A stretch of 62,200 nt of DNA, the filler included, from Choristocarpus tenellus KU-1152 (taxonomy: Eukaryota; Protista; Phaeophyceae): the NCBI GenBank assembly GCA_964200185.2. It is 10 parts of 10 records of this genome, joined end to end, with 100 filler letters (N's around TTAATTAATTAA, not from the genome) between each part and the next. Parts side by side here need not be neighbours in the genome. Positions count along the whole stretch, not along the records: positions 47,038 to 53,284 come from CAXNAD020008578.1; positions 53,385 to 57,345 come from CAXNAD020016919.1; positions 57,446 to 62,200 come from CAXNAD020013182.1; 7 more parts are not named here. One strand, written 5' to 3'. The notes under the pieces were generated by a model. The model was not told the DNA's origin. It ran no database searches and saw only the letters and a list, made by a program, of their open reading frames with translations. Positions 49,561 to 62,200 of the stretch are shown here, one piece after another. Numbering within the stretch: the stretch's first letter is position 1; every line of letters begins with the position of its first letter. The position numbers and the translations under genes are program-made.

Positions 49561-52301
49561 GAGGATAAAGTGTGAAATGTGTCAATTTAGGATAGTGGTG
49601 GGGCTGCCTTACGAATTAAGTTTTGGAGCAACATTTTGTAGACAACACCAGAGCATACTGTCATTTTGAGAAGGTTAAGGCTTCCGATCATCATCCCCAC
49701 AGTCACCGTGGGTACCTTTTGTCAGAGTTCTAACGCCCCAATCCTGCAGTAGCTGCGCACCCTTGTCAGACCATAGCAAATGGCATTGTAGCACAAAGGA
49801 AAGTTCTAAGATGGATAGTTATCAGACTGGATAGCACAAACAGCAGCAATAAACAACTTAACCTCACAATAATTGGATATTTATCTTGCCTTCTAGGACC
49901 TTTACAATCCTAATGCAAGACCGCACCCAACTAATGTTCCCATCAAATAAAGACTCTTGCCCCTAGAGGATGTGTTACGTCTCTTCCTTATAGGTACCAG
50001 TGCCAAGAGGTCGTGGAAGGATGAAAGAGGAAGAGATAGTTGATATACAAGTTCAGTTTTGACTTCAATTCACCCTACTGGAGGGTACGGTTGAAGGATG
50101 GAGTTTAGGAGGAATTCAACAGGAGAAGAGATGAGTGGCTTTTCCAGAAGACCTCCCAGCAGGTAACAACTGTATACCCGAAGGACTTGTGTACAAGATG
50201 AGGATTAGCTGGTGCATGCCAGAACAAGGGAATAAGGCATTGATAGTCAAAGTCACTGAAAGGAACATAGGGTAGCAGAAGTTGGAACCAAGAAGCCGCC
50301 CACATCAGAGCATACAATAATATATATATATGGGTTGCATAGCCTGTAGTCTTTTGAAAAAAAATATGCAACCAGTACAGTACTTTTTTCTTTTTCCCTC
50401 TTTTCTACTTTTTAACCACTTTCTGTAATCTAGAATTTTCTATATTTTACTTTTTATTTTCAAGAGTATCTCACACTTCTATTCTTTTAATATTTATTTA
50501 TTTATTTTTCTTAGTTCTGATCCCATCTTTTTATTTCATTTATATTTTTCCATTTTTGTTACTCTCATTATTCACCGACTTTTTTCTTTTTCTTTTTTCT
50601 ATTTATTTAGTTTCCATTTTGGTTGCCCTCATCATCCACCGATTTTTTTTTCCTTTCTGTTTATTTCTCCTTTTTAATTTTATTTTTAAATATATATTTT
50701 TGTTTCTTTTATTATCATTACCTGTTTTGCGCACTAGCAGCCTTGAGTATATGCTTTGTGCTTGGGGGGCATAGGGCAGGCAACAATCAGATGTCGAGTC
50801 AAGAACTATATACTTTGTAACCTTTGAAGGTTCAGTTCAGAAGGAACAAGTTTATGCTCAGATTAAGCCAGACACAATTCGACTGAGATTGTATTCTGTG
50901 ACCTTGTCGAGAGACGGTTTCAAAGGGAACATGCATATCAATTAATCACATTTGTGATTATTATGGAGATTCGAACTGGGGACCCAATTATTTTAGGTCA
51001 TGCCAGAGATTATGTTTTGTAATTTTTGAAGGTGTGTTTCAAAGGAGCAAGTGTAGACTCAGATTAGACCAGATGCAAACTGATTCTGATGGTTTTCTAT
51101 GACCCTTGGGACAGATTCTCCCAAGAAAAACAAGGATATCTGTTGATCTATTTTGGTCCTAGTTGGAGTTATATATTTTTTTTGTGAAAGTATATACTCC
51201 GATTTGGTCAGACATTTATTGATTCTGGGCGTGTCTTACGACTTTTGGGGATCCATTCTCAAAAGTAACTTAGGAGACATGTTGATCATTGTTGGAAACA
51301 ACTGGTTAATTTGTAACTGGAATCCCTGTATTGGAAGCAACTGGCAAATGTGGAACTGGAACCCCTCTGTTATTAAATGGTAACCAATTCATGCTGCCAC
51401 AGCACGATCTGGGGTGATGGATGATATTTATCGTCTTGACCTGTGACAGTCGCCTGTGGTAAGCGTGAAACATGTGTACCTAGTTCACACTGGGGCACAT
51501 GTTACAGGCGAAGAGCGTAATAAGTATTTATTCCTGCAATCTAATAAGCGTGAGCAGTATACATGCATGGGGAACTCTGATTTGCTAATTGTTGCAGAGT
51601 AAGATATGCAATTTGGAAATGGACGCAACGGTTTTCAGATGTATTCTAACATCTGTTAACCAGAATAAATAAACGGTGAATGATGATGAAAGAAATAATA
51701 AAAAGAGTGTAGTAGATAAGTAGATAAGGAGGAGGGGATAGGGTTGTGGAGGTGATTGGGGAAGGCGACGATGGTACATGAGGCAGGCAGGGGCAAGGAG
51801 CTAATATAAGTGGAGGGTTTAACTCAGCTCCGGGAATAGACGCACAGGTTTTTGATCTCGCAAACCAGAGAACGATCTGCAGAGAACATAATGGACCCAA
51901 TAGGGACGAGGTGGAGGTGATCGAGGGTGGGAATAGTGGACCACAAGATAGGCAGGGGCAAGGGGGGAACATAAGCAGAGTACACCACCACTCCTCTTCG
52001 GGAATAGGTGAGTGGACAGGTTTCGTCTCTGCAGGATGGTAGAGCCCGGACGGAAAACCAAACGAGCACACAAGGGGATGGGACCAGAGAGGTGGTAGAG
52101 GCACAAGACGATGGTCACAGGGAAAGGGACCCGCCCCTACACGGCTACGAGGAGAAGGCAGGAGAGACGGTGATAAGAGATATTACTGGGATTTGACGGC
52201 CAGCCTCCCCCACCAGGGACCCCAACCCACACCCATTCCAACAACCACGTCAGCTCACACCGAAACACTGTGAGATCTGTTTTTCCGAGATACAACCGCC
52301 A

Positions 52302-52725
52302 GTGTTCCCTTTCCCCTGCACACAGTCACTGGACCTGGGCTGTGCTTCGGTTCTATACCTCCGCACCAGACCCCTACGCCCTATCTCGTGCTCCAACTGC
52401 CACACCCCTGCCAGCCCAGAACACTACTACGCGGCCGTGGAGAGGAGTGTGGGAACCGAAGCCATGCTGGAATCCATCCGCTCACAATTGTCCTCCACCC
52501 CTTTGCCATCACACCATTCTGCTAGCTCTCCATCCCACGCCCCCACCCCCCACCCCCCAGCCCCTCTCCCTTCTTTCCCTCCCTGCCCTTGCTGTCTAGA
52601 GCCTCTCCCTCCAGGCCACCAAGGCACCCTCCCTTGTGGGTGCTCACTCCACCTCAACTGCATGGTTAGCCTCTGCAAAGATGCCAAACACCCTCTCCCA
52701 TGCTCCTACTGTGGAACACACCTAC
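52302..52725 (+). CDS. RING-finger-like coding fragment interrupted by a MITE
   Basis: CPCCLEPL..LPCGCSLHLNC..PCSYC shows RING spacing. A second partial Cys cluster (PCTQ..GC..CSNC) lies upstream. Confidence 0.45.
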
Positions 52726-52981
52726 GAGTGAAAGTATCTTAGAGGGTACGAGTTTTGCCCTGTTCGTCCATTTGGGACTTGGCTTCCCATGGATTTGTTT
52801 TATGACATTTTCCTACTCCAAAATGTTTTGGAGTAAGTAAAATGTACACGTTATGATATGGTGTGTCTGGAACAAGGATACTGACACATCTTAAAAATAC
52901 GACAGCCAAAATTACATCAAAATCAGAACATTGGATTTTGGTCCCCAAATGGACGCAGTCCCACCCAAGATACTTTGGCTC
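52726..52981 (-). mobile_element. MITE family A, full length, 4-bp TSD CTAC
   Basis: TIRs GAGTGAAAGTATCTTAGAGGGTAC and AAGATACTTTGGCTC, with CTAC at 52722-52725 and 52982-52985. Confidence 0.92.
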
Positions 52982-53391
52982 CTACACATTCCCACGCTAT
53001 TCAATCGCACCTACACCACCCTAACAAGCCAAAGACTCTGACCCGGTGGGCTCATAACCCGCCTGAATAATGCCACTGCATCCCAAATCCGCCTCTTTTC
53101 ACCGCACAATATCCCAGGTCAAAACTCACACCCCATCCACCTCACTCCACTGGTCGGAGCACCCCCTACTCCCACACCCCATCCCACCTCACCCCACCTC
53201 CCACCCCAGTCACCACCACCACCAATACAACCCACCCACACCCTCCATCCCACCCCACCCCACCTCCTCCCTTGCCCCAATCACNNNNNNNNNNNNNNNN
53301 NNNNNNNNNNNNNNNNNNNNNNNNNNNNTTAATTAATTAANNNNNNNNNNNNNNNNNNNNNNNNNNNNNNNNNNNNNNNNNNNNCCCCCAC

Positions 53392-55861
53392 CTGTTCCCG
53401 AATTGTTCTTTTCCAAGCACCGTACTTGAATGGACTAAAGGTACCCAGCAGACTGAAGAGGTATGTTTTCATCTTGAGATCACCAAAAGGGATCCCATTC
53501 ACCAGCAGGAAATGACATCATTCAAGGAAAAGAACGGTTGGATGATGGACGGTAAGGGACACCGTTGCACCCAAAGATTTGTCAAAAAGATTTGTCAAAA
53601 AGATTTGTCAAAAAGATTTGTCAAAAAGATTTGTCAAAAAGATTTGTCAAAAGATTTGTCAAAAAGATTTGTCAAAAAGATTTGTCAAAATGGGGGAATG
53701 GAGAAGAAAGGGGGGGGAGAGGGAACGGGGGATGTCGGGGGAGGGTGGGAAGGTCAAGATAAAAACACTTATTTTTTATTTTTCAGTTGATTGTAAGATG
53801 TAATTGTAAGATGGATGGCGTAGTGTTGTGTACAAGTGAGGAGTGAAAGGAGTGAAAGGTGGAAACTTTGAACAGATTGGATGCAAGGATTAATGGGTTT
53901 CCCACACCAAAGACTGGGGATTAACTCTGTTAACAAGGGTCACAACATAAGGAATATTGACACATTTTCCCCACATGGTCTATTGCACAACACACAACAC
54001 AACACACAACACTGTTGTTGTGTTGTGTGTTCTCTCTGCAAACTAAAATAAGGGTGAATGCAGCACTTCCATTCAGTACGCTCTTCAAAAGGTCTCACTC
54101 AGCAAGCACCCACCGCTGGCAGGGGTTTCACATGGGTCTTTCTAATGTACAATAAGATAGAAATCACGTTTAACAACCTAAAAATATATCCTACTGCTCT
54201 GATGCAGGGGTAACAGCGTTGGCTCCAGCCAAGGAAGTCGTATCCCTTGAACATACAAGTTGCTTTGATCGGGAGGGAGGTAGGGAGGGAGGGAGGGAGA
54301 GTGTCTCCACAATGACAACCTTTGAGCTTCCCATCATCTCACCATGGAACCCTAACCCTTATCTTATACACGAAGGGGTTCGATATCGAGATGAACGCGA
54401 AAATGGATTGTCAACAAAACCGAGACGCTGTGAGACACTTTGTAACCACCTACCTAGTGCTGAGCAATACATACAGCTTGATTCAAACTGGCAATATATG
54501 AAACGTTGCCTGTAACCAACAATTTCAAGACTATATATATATATATATATATATTTGATTTTTTATTTTTTTATTAGAACATACATATTTTTTCTGAATC
54601 AATCGGGGGGGGTTTTATCTATTGAAGGAGCTTGTTCCGACAGGTAAAGTTCTACTTGTGACGAAAACTGCACAGTTAACTCAAACAAAATAATAAACAA
54701 TTATCTTAGTGCCAAGTTGATTTAACAATATTATCAAAAAAAAAATTATCAAAATTTACAAAATAAAAATTACAAAATAAAAAAGTACCAAGAAGAATCT
54801 AATGTGCACACAAACAACCAACATTGTATCCAAAATGTCACCATTCCTCACTTCTTTTTTTTTCAGACAGAAGGCACATCACCAGAGCTTCATACATGTT
54901 TAATTCTAAAAAAAAAATCTCGTAAAAAAATCACACACACACACACACATGTAGTTACACACCTGATTGGGTTGAATAAAAGCCACCACATCGGAAAATT
55001 CCCCTCGGATTCGAATCCGCTTCCCCCTGCCCCCAGGCATGATCTCCCGATTCAGAATGAGGGTGCGGAAAATGTCTGGAAATTCCACACTAAAACTACC
55101 CTCCCCAACCTGGTTTTTTTTATTGTTGTAAGTAAAAAAAAATGTGTTTAGTTTGAACATGAGAGGCTAGCTAGCAAGAGATGAGGGCAGGAGGAAGGGA
55201 GGGAGGAAGGAAGGAAGGATGAAAAAAGCAGGGGAGGGGTGACAGAGGGAGGAGGGCGGGGATAGGGACGGGGAGGGGGGGGGGGGGGGGAAGTGCCTCT
55301 CTTTATCCTTCAATCAACAAACAAAAGGAGTGTTTTTTTCAGGAGAGGGTAATGATTCGGGGATGGGGTTCTAAGAACGTTTTCAAAACATATAAACTTT
55401 TACACAAAAGAACATTTGGTGTTATTAATACCATTACCTAAGCACAGTATACCCCCCTGAGGTTTTGGACAACAAAGAGCGCAGGAGGCGTGCAGAATAC
55501 TGTACCTCTTAGGCGTCCACTACAATACTATTCACCATATAGTCTTTGAGAAGTGGTCAGTAGCCCTCAAAATGCACAGGGGTACAAAAAAAAAATACAT
55601 TTCTGTTCTCATACATGTATGTATATATACAAATATATATACATAAATAAAATGATTGTCCATGAAGAATAAATAGTGTGTCCTCCACCTTCATTTGCAC
55701 CTCCCCTCCCCCACCAAAAAAAAAAACATAGAAAAAAAAAGGAAGTATGAACATGTAACACCACTACCGCAGTCAAGAGATTCATTCCCCCTAACCCTAA
55801 CTAAAAACATAAAGGGAAAACAGAAAGAATCCCTTAGAGTCCTGTAATTGTAACCACCAGT

Positions 55862-55908
<47 letters not shown>

Positions 55909-56353
55909 TGTGTACAACTAATGTGTGTGCGTATGTGTGTGTGTTCCACGGGTGCTACCATGTTGTCAAGGTACAATAGCACCAACACCTTAAAACTGAA
56001 AAAATATATAAATATGATCATATAATTTTTTCAATGCATTGAAAAAGAATATATATATACTTATATATATATATTTAAATATTTAAATAATCGAATACAT
56101 TTGTTATAAATATATTATTGTTTAGTACTCTTTGAGGGTTAGGGCTGAAGCCGTGTAACAGTATTGCGAGTGAGTGACTTGGGGGGGAATGTTCTGCACC
56201 CCGTAATGGCAGTTAGGTTTAGGGTTAGGGTTAGATATGGGGAATACTTCCTGGAGGTGAGAGTGAGCGTGGATTACCCAAGCTGTCATGTCAGAGTTAC
56301 ACGTTTGGAATGAATCGGTGTTGATTTCACACTCTCAGGTGTAATAATGATAG

Positions 56354-56397
<44 letters not shown>

Positions 56398-57220
56398 GGA
56401 AATGAAATGTAACAATGTTTTCAAGTTATATTGTCAATGTTTGTCACCATTCTGTACCTCAAGGGTGGGGGCTGCAGTCTTCTGCACGATGGCGAGGTTG
56501 ATCAATTATATATTTAGATTTAGATTTAGATATATATATTCATGTTCTCAAGGTTGATTCATTCTTACAATTTGGTTACATAGTTTCTAAAGTATATTTA
56601 TAATACTGGAAGTAAGTCGACGAACTTTTGAATTTAAAAGTTGTAGCATGTAACCCCCACTATCACAGTTTTAAAATAACAATCTATTCTTCTCATTGCA
56701 TAGGGTTAGGGTTCTTCTCTTCTCCCCACTCCCCCTAGATACACCAACAGATGATTCTGTACCATCAAATGACTCATCACCAGGAATCTACCCACCTAAA
56801 ACACACGCAGATACATAAAAAATTGAAACGATTACAAAACAATAAAAATAATAAAACATACACTCGGTGGAAGTATATACACCACAGAGAAAAAAAAACG
56901 AAAAAAATTGTACAAAAAAAAAACTGAAAAAAAGAGCAAATCATAGAGACCAACCATGAGCACAGCAGAGAAGGGGTAACTAACACAACCAACAGACTTC
57001 TGACAAAAGACCGAGATGGGCATGAAGCAAACTCACAGTCATGGCTCTGCATTCTGGACTCCTCTCTGGTATGTTGTGAGGGTCCACATAAAAGGCCATC
57101 CCCTCTATCGTGAAATCCCATGGGGTTGCCCCCATGGATAAGGGGTTGACTAAGCCTGGTTTGCAATTGAAGGTGCTAGCAAGAAGACCAAAACTGTGGC
57201 CATTAAGGCGGTCATCAATC
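53392..57220 (-). CDS. Probable internal exons of an unidentified gene
   Basis: Exon-like segments with splice signals lie at ~57220-57037 (IDDRLNGHSFG...ECRAMT|gtgagt), ~55085-54963 (EFPDIFRT...FIQPNQ|gtgtgt) and ~53515-53392 (...WKRTIREQ|gtgggg). Confidence 0.35.
53573..53690. repeat. Minisatellite, 13-bp unit AAAGATTTGTCAA, ~9 copies
   Basis: Tandem periodicity read directly. Confidence 0.95.
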
Positions 57221-57445
57221 CTGGAAAGGAGGGTTAGGGCAGAAACCAGTCGAAGGGGGTGGGAGGGTTAGGGGGGGGGGGGGGGCAGGAAAGAGGCAAT
57301 AAGTTAACCGCACATTAATGAAGCAATAATGTATGTATGTATGTANNNNNNNNNNNNNNNNNNNNNNNNNNNNNNNNNNNNNNNNNNNNTTAATTAATTA
57401 ANNNNNNNNNNNNNNNNNNNNNNNNNNNNNNNNNNNNNNNNNNNN

Positions 57446-60400
57446 CAGGACACCCCCCCCAGAGCACCCCCCCCCCCCCCCCCCTGCCCCAGCTTCGGCT
57501 CCCGCAACAGCCTCACCCTTCGTTTTCTTAGTTCCGGCATGGTAGACAGTGACCCCAGGAAGGCCAGCGGCCTCATCAAGGCCGTAGATGGGCATCCCCT
57601 TGGGGTACTTGCCTGGATAGCCTCCAGCAGCCATGACAACTGTTGCAGCAATGGAGTCAGCGGTGGTTCCGGCAGTGGCAAAGGATAGGTCTGTTCCTTC
57701 AAGACGTCCTTGGATGCACGCGGTTATCACTTCATACAAATCGTTCTTCATAAGTGGCAGCACAACCTGTTGTTGGAGAACGAGCAAGGGTTAGGGTTAG
57801 GGTTAGGGTTAAGAGGATATTGTTACGGCTGGGTTGTATGAGGTGTTGTTGTTATATGAGGTGTTGTTGAGCCACCAGTCAGTGGAACGAGTACCTGGGA
57901 GGGGGGGGCGGAGGAGGACAAGGTGGGAACTCATGGAATATTGAAAAACACAAACCATGTTCTTCTGTCGAGGGGATATTGGAAAACTGTGGAAAGATGT
58001 GACTAGTCTGGCAGGCAGACAACAGTGGAAAAGCTGCTGGTGGAGGGTCAGAATGGATGAGTGCGGTGTGTGGCATGTGAATGAACAAACTAGCAGTTCA
58101 GCTATCCTGTTACATATTTATTCCCAACATGTGTTGCAATTGAGGAGACACGACAGGAGACCAATTGCCACTCATCTTGCTTTTGATCAGTGACACAAGA
58201 ACTGGGTTTGCGAGAGGTGGAATGGACAAGTGCAAGTTAAAGCGACTTAGAAACATGACCAGCCGGCAGAGACAAAAGCCAATCAAAGTGTTTGCTCTAA
58301 TCACTATCATCCATTTTATAGCATCTTAATAACACACATGTACGTACGCAATAGCTTTTATCCCCCTCTCCCCATTCAAAAAATTATCCTAGCCTGCCAG
58401 GTAAGCTGGGTCTGTCTCTCACATAACGTCTAGTCAGCAATGAAAGTGTTAGGGGTAGGACTAGTTTGGAAAGCAGGACAATATGACCACAAATAAAAAT
58501 CGAATAGCATTACACACCTATAGTGTCAATTCATGCCGCTTTCCATACCACCTTCGTGATCACCAGTTTCCTCACGGGTTTGAACCTTGATGGCCCATCT
58601 CTGGTCAACTACATCTAGAACCCCCTTATTGATACCCAACGCTGCATCAAACACCATCACAATGATATAAATAATACAAATAATACTCGTAGGTAGTAGC
58701 TCTTCACCTCACCTGGGTTTCTGGGTCTCCCATACGGACGTTGAACTCCAGCACCACAGGTCCAGTCTCCATCAGCATGAACCCAGCAAACAACACACCT
58801 AGAAAGGGATTGCCCTCAGCAGCCATGGCCTTCACAGTCTCCTGGCAGATGGCCTGACACTGAGCAGCCAGGTTAGGCATGAGGCACGGGGCTGGGGCAT
58901 AGGCGCCCATGCCCCCAGTATTGAGACCACGGTCGCCATCTAGAGCGCGCTTGTGGTCCTGGGCACCAGGCATGCACAACGCTGTCTTGCCATCACAGAA
59001 AGCCAGCACTGATACCTTGAAGGGGGGGTGAGAATGGGGGTGGGGGCTAGCGTGAAGATTCAAGTAGATTCAAGTAGATTCAAGTACGAGAATGGGTGCA
59101 TGGTGAGAAAAGAAATGGAGGGGCAAGGATTTATGGTTGGGAGAACAGTTGGTTGCGGAAGGTGATGAGATAGAACGCAAAAAGACAAGGATGGTTCTCA
59201 GTGCCTCTTGAGTCAACAGAGTACAAATACATTCAGAGTCAACGAGTTCTAGTTGGGCAAGGGGGGTAGGGAGGGGAGGGTAATGGGTTTTTGATCTATC
59301 AACTTTTACCACACCCTCTTCTTAACACATCATATTTTTTTCGTTGGTTCCATCTCCTCCCCAACATCCTGCCTTCATATGATAATGGGACAACACCAGT
59401 CGATCAGGAAGTGCATCCATCAATAAACGCACATCCTACTCCGAAGTATATTGCATGATCATCTCTGGGACACTAATCTTATACTCAGCATTAAACCCAA
59501 CTCTTGCACCCTGTGCAGCAAAGACAAAAGATCAACAAGAAACCTTTCATGATCCAAGTCTCTGGGCAGGAAACAAAATGGAATGGTACCCCGCATCAAC
59601 TCTTCAATGCCAAAACACCAAACACCTACCTCCTCCCCATCCAAGAACTCCTCAATGACCACCTCATCACCGCCATCACCAAACTTCTTCTGCAGCATGA
59701 CTTCTTCAAGGGCAGCAACTGCCTCCTCCTTTGAGGTGGGGATGAGAACGCCTTTTCCTGCGGCTAGACCAGAGGCCTTAACCACCACCGGGTGGTCAGC
59801 AGCCAACACGTATGCCCGCGCCGCCTCGAAGTCGGTGAAGTTGCCATACCTAGCTGTGGGGATTCCGTTGCGGGTCATGAAGTCCTTTGAGAAGGACTTA
59901 GAACCCTCCAAACGAGCAGCAGCGGCGGTTGGTCCAAAGCAAGATACACCTGCAGCAGTCATAGTGTCCACGATGCCTTCTACAAGAGGTACCTCAGGTC
60001 CAACGACCACCAACGAGATCTCTTTCTCCGTGGCGAAGGTTACAAGAGCATCAGTGTCTCCGACTCCTATGTCGATATTCGAGATATTTTTGCCCGATCC
60101 ATCCGTTCCCCCATTACCTGGTGCAACGAACACGTGCGACACTGAGGGAGATTCCGCGAGCTTGAGGGCAATGGCATGCTCACGCCCGCCAGAGCCGATG
60201 ACGAGGACCTCTGCCTCTTCTGTTTTTCCAAGGTTAGCAGCGATTCGACTGTCTGCATCTGATGTGGCCCGGAATGCCTTGGCAGCAAGAGATCTACGTT
60301 GATGTGCTGAAAGATCAATATCACCGTTCGACACTCGCCCTGAGAGCAAGGGGAAATCGTCCTCGTCCACCACGACAGCCATGTGCTCGTGCTGCACGGC

Positions 60401-61001
60401 AGCGGCACTGGGTTCCATTTGCATAACAAAGGCATTGAGAACAGAGGTTATATAAGAATCGGTCAACCTCGGCAGATGACACTAATACCGACAGGCGACT
60501 GGCGACTGGCGACTGGCGACCAAGGACTATGTTGGAGACATTTCATGGTTCTAGACACAAAAAAAAACTCAGCTCACCGAACCAGAGCATGGGTGGCAGC
60601 GCTCTCGAATCCTGCAGATGATTCGGCCAAACCACCCACAACCAGAGCGATCCCAGAAGCTCGATCGCTAACATCGCCAAGTAAAGTGGAATAAGTCCTT
60701 GGTTGACGAGGGTCCTGTCATGTTCAAGGGGCAGAGTATCAGGGGAGATTTGAAGCATGCAACACCTTGGCAGGATTTATTTTGGTGTCAACACAATACA
60801 ACTTTCAAAATCCTCATACTCCATTGAATCTTAGCACCGCAAACTTTGGGTACGCACATCCTGGTGAGGAATCCCAGCCTGTAGCAAAGAGCGATGTGTG
60901 TCTGGGGAGTTGGTGGTTATGACTGTGAGGCCTCCCTCAACCAAACGAAAAGCTAGCTCGGCGGCTCCGGGATGCACCTGCCCTGCGAAGATGGCCTTCA
61001 T
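57446..61001 (-). CDS. purD: Phosphoribosylamine-glycine ligase (GAR synthetase) with N-terminal degenerate PurH/MGS-like domain; exons 61001-60858, 60714-60578, 60407-59630, 59015-58713, 57766-(57446, truncated)
   Basis: GARS motifs: VLVIGSGGREHA, APGNGG, VVGPEVPL, ARLEGSKSFSK, VVKASGLAAGKGV, QDHKRA..GLNTGGMGAY, LEFNVRMGDPETQ, GGYPG, HAGT. GT-AG introns are in phase. Exons 1-2 are less certain. Confidence 0.93.
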
Positions 61002-62200
61002 CTCTCAGGGAAGAAGTGATTGAGGTAGTGCGCCTATCGGGCAAGTCGCTATTGTTAACCGCAATATCTGGTCTGGGCGCAATGTGGTCCAGAGTTCTAA
61101 CCGAAAAGGTACATACATAGAAATATGGATTGGTCACAGTATTAACCACCCGGCCCGCGGAAAGTTAAAATATTGGTAAAGTTGAAGGGAATTATGAAGA
61201 GTAAAAAATAATAGGTTCGTCCTGTGAGGTTGTTTGGTCATAACTTTTTATGCAGAGATCGGATTAAAAAAATAAAAGCATATTCGTGATGCCCGTCACA
61301 AGGCCCTCCAGAGCACGGGTTCGTTTTTTCGCTATTCTTTGTTTTTTTGAAGAAAGAGTGCTCATATTTGGGTTCGAACCCTAAATTTAGGTCACCAAGA
61401 GTGGCAACAGATGATCCACAATTACTTGGTAGAAGTATAGTTGTTTATGCGAAAAAAAAAGCCTCCCCACCCTTTCCCTTTTTCAGGGAATATTCTGACA
61501 TTTGAATGGTTTCATTGGTTTTCTCCTGACACATCTGCCAAATGTCAGAGGGAAAGATAATAAATTAATACTACAAAGAAAGTCCCCTACCTAGAAGATT
61601 TTCTACGGATATTATGATATGATGCTGACAAGCCTGAGCTCAAGCCTGCAGTTGATTGGATCAGGCGTTCTCGAGAATTGTCCCTAAACAAACAGGGAGT
61701 GACTCACAAGGTAGAGCACGGGTACGAGTACAGATCGGCGATTTTTTAATCTTCCATTTGGAGGGGGAACCAGCTAGACACTTTCTCAACATTAGCATCC
61801 TCAATGCAGCGTGGCTGTGTCGTGTGATGGCTTTCGAGGGAAAGGATGAATGAAACCAAGGCGAACATCGTGTTGCCCCATCAAATTTTTAAGCAAGTTT
61901 AAGAGTATTTTGTTGCACAATAGTGCCCAATAAATGCTATGCTAACATGCACGAATTGTGGCAGATGTAACTTCCAACTAAGCTCCAGACTCGACAAAGG
62001 TGGGATTGCTGAGTAGTGGGAAGGGTCAAGTCGCAACACAAGTAAGGAGGCACACATGGAAATCATGATGAGTAGGAGCGGGGAAGAAAGAGAAAACTCA
62101 ATAGAGGATGAGGGAACGGACCCAAACTATCTGGGGGGGTGGGGGGGGTCTACCCGAGGGTGTCCATTTTTGACCAAAATCGGGAAAAGTGCATTTGCAT

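Noticed and set aside
57446-57485. GARS SGGRVL motif appearing as SGGGVL with a poly-Gly insert
   Set aside because: It lies in homopolymer runs at a contig edge and is likely a sequencing or assembly error.
59583-60302. 239-aa ORF antisense to purD
   Set aside because: It is a shadow ORF of a GC-rich coding exon with no independent features.

Overview
Eukaryotic draft-assembly window made of about 10 unrelated contigs. They are joined by artificial N-TTAATTAATTAA-N spacers, and there are two 10-N scaffold gaps, so adjacency across spacers has no biological meaning. Intron-rich genes, TTAGGG repeats and the repeat landscape suggest a stramenopile such as a brown alga (inference only). Well-supported genes: (1) a complete 10-exon eIF4A, whose 2.35-kb intron 3 holds three paralogous box C/D snoRNAs of SNORD2/snR39B type plus a ~210-nt orphan C/D-like RNA; (2) the 3' three exons of an ARF-family GTPase; (3) a 3'-truncated GAR synthetase (PurD) with a degenerate PurH/MGS-like N-terminal domain. 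The rest is mostly decayed mobile DNA: a CRE-type RLE non-LTR retrotransposon, three related MITE families with 4-bp TSDs, a TGTTACA...TGTAACA element, and Harbinger and copia remnants, along with mini- and microsatellites. All homology calls come from motif recognition, not database searches.
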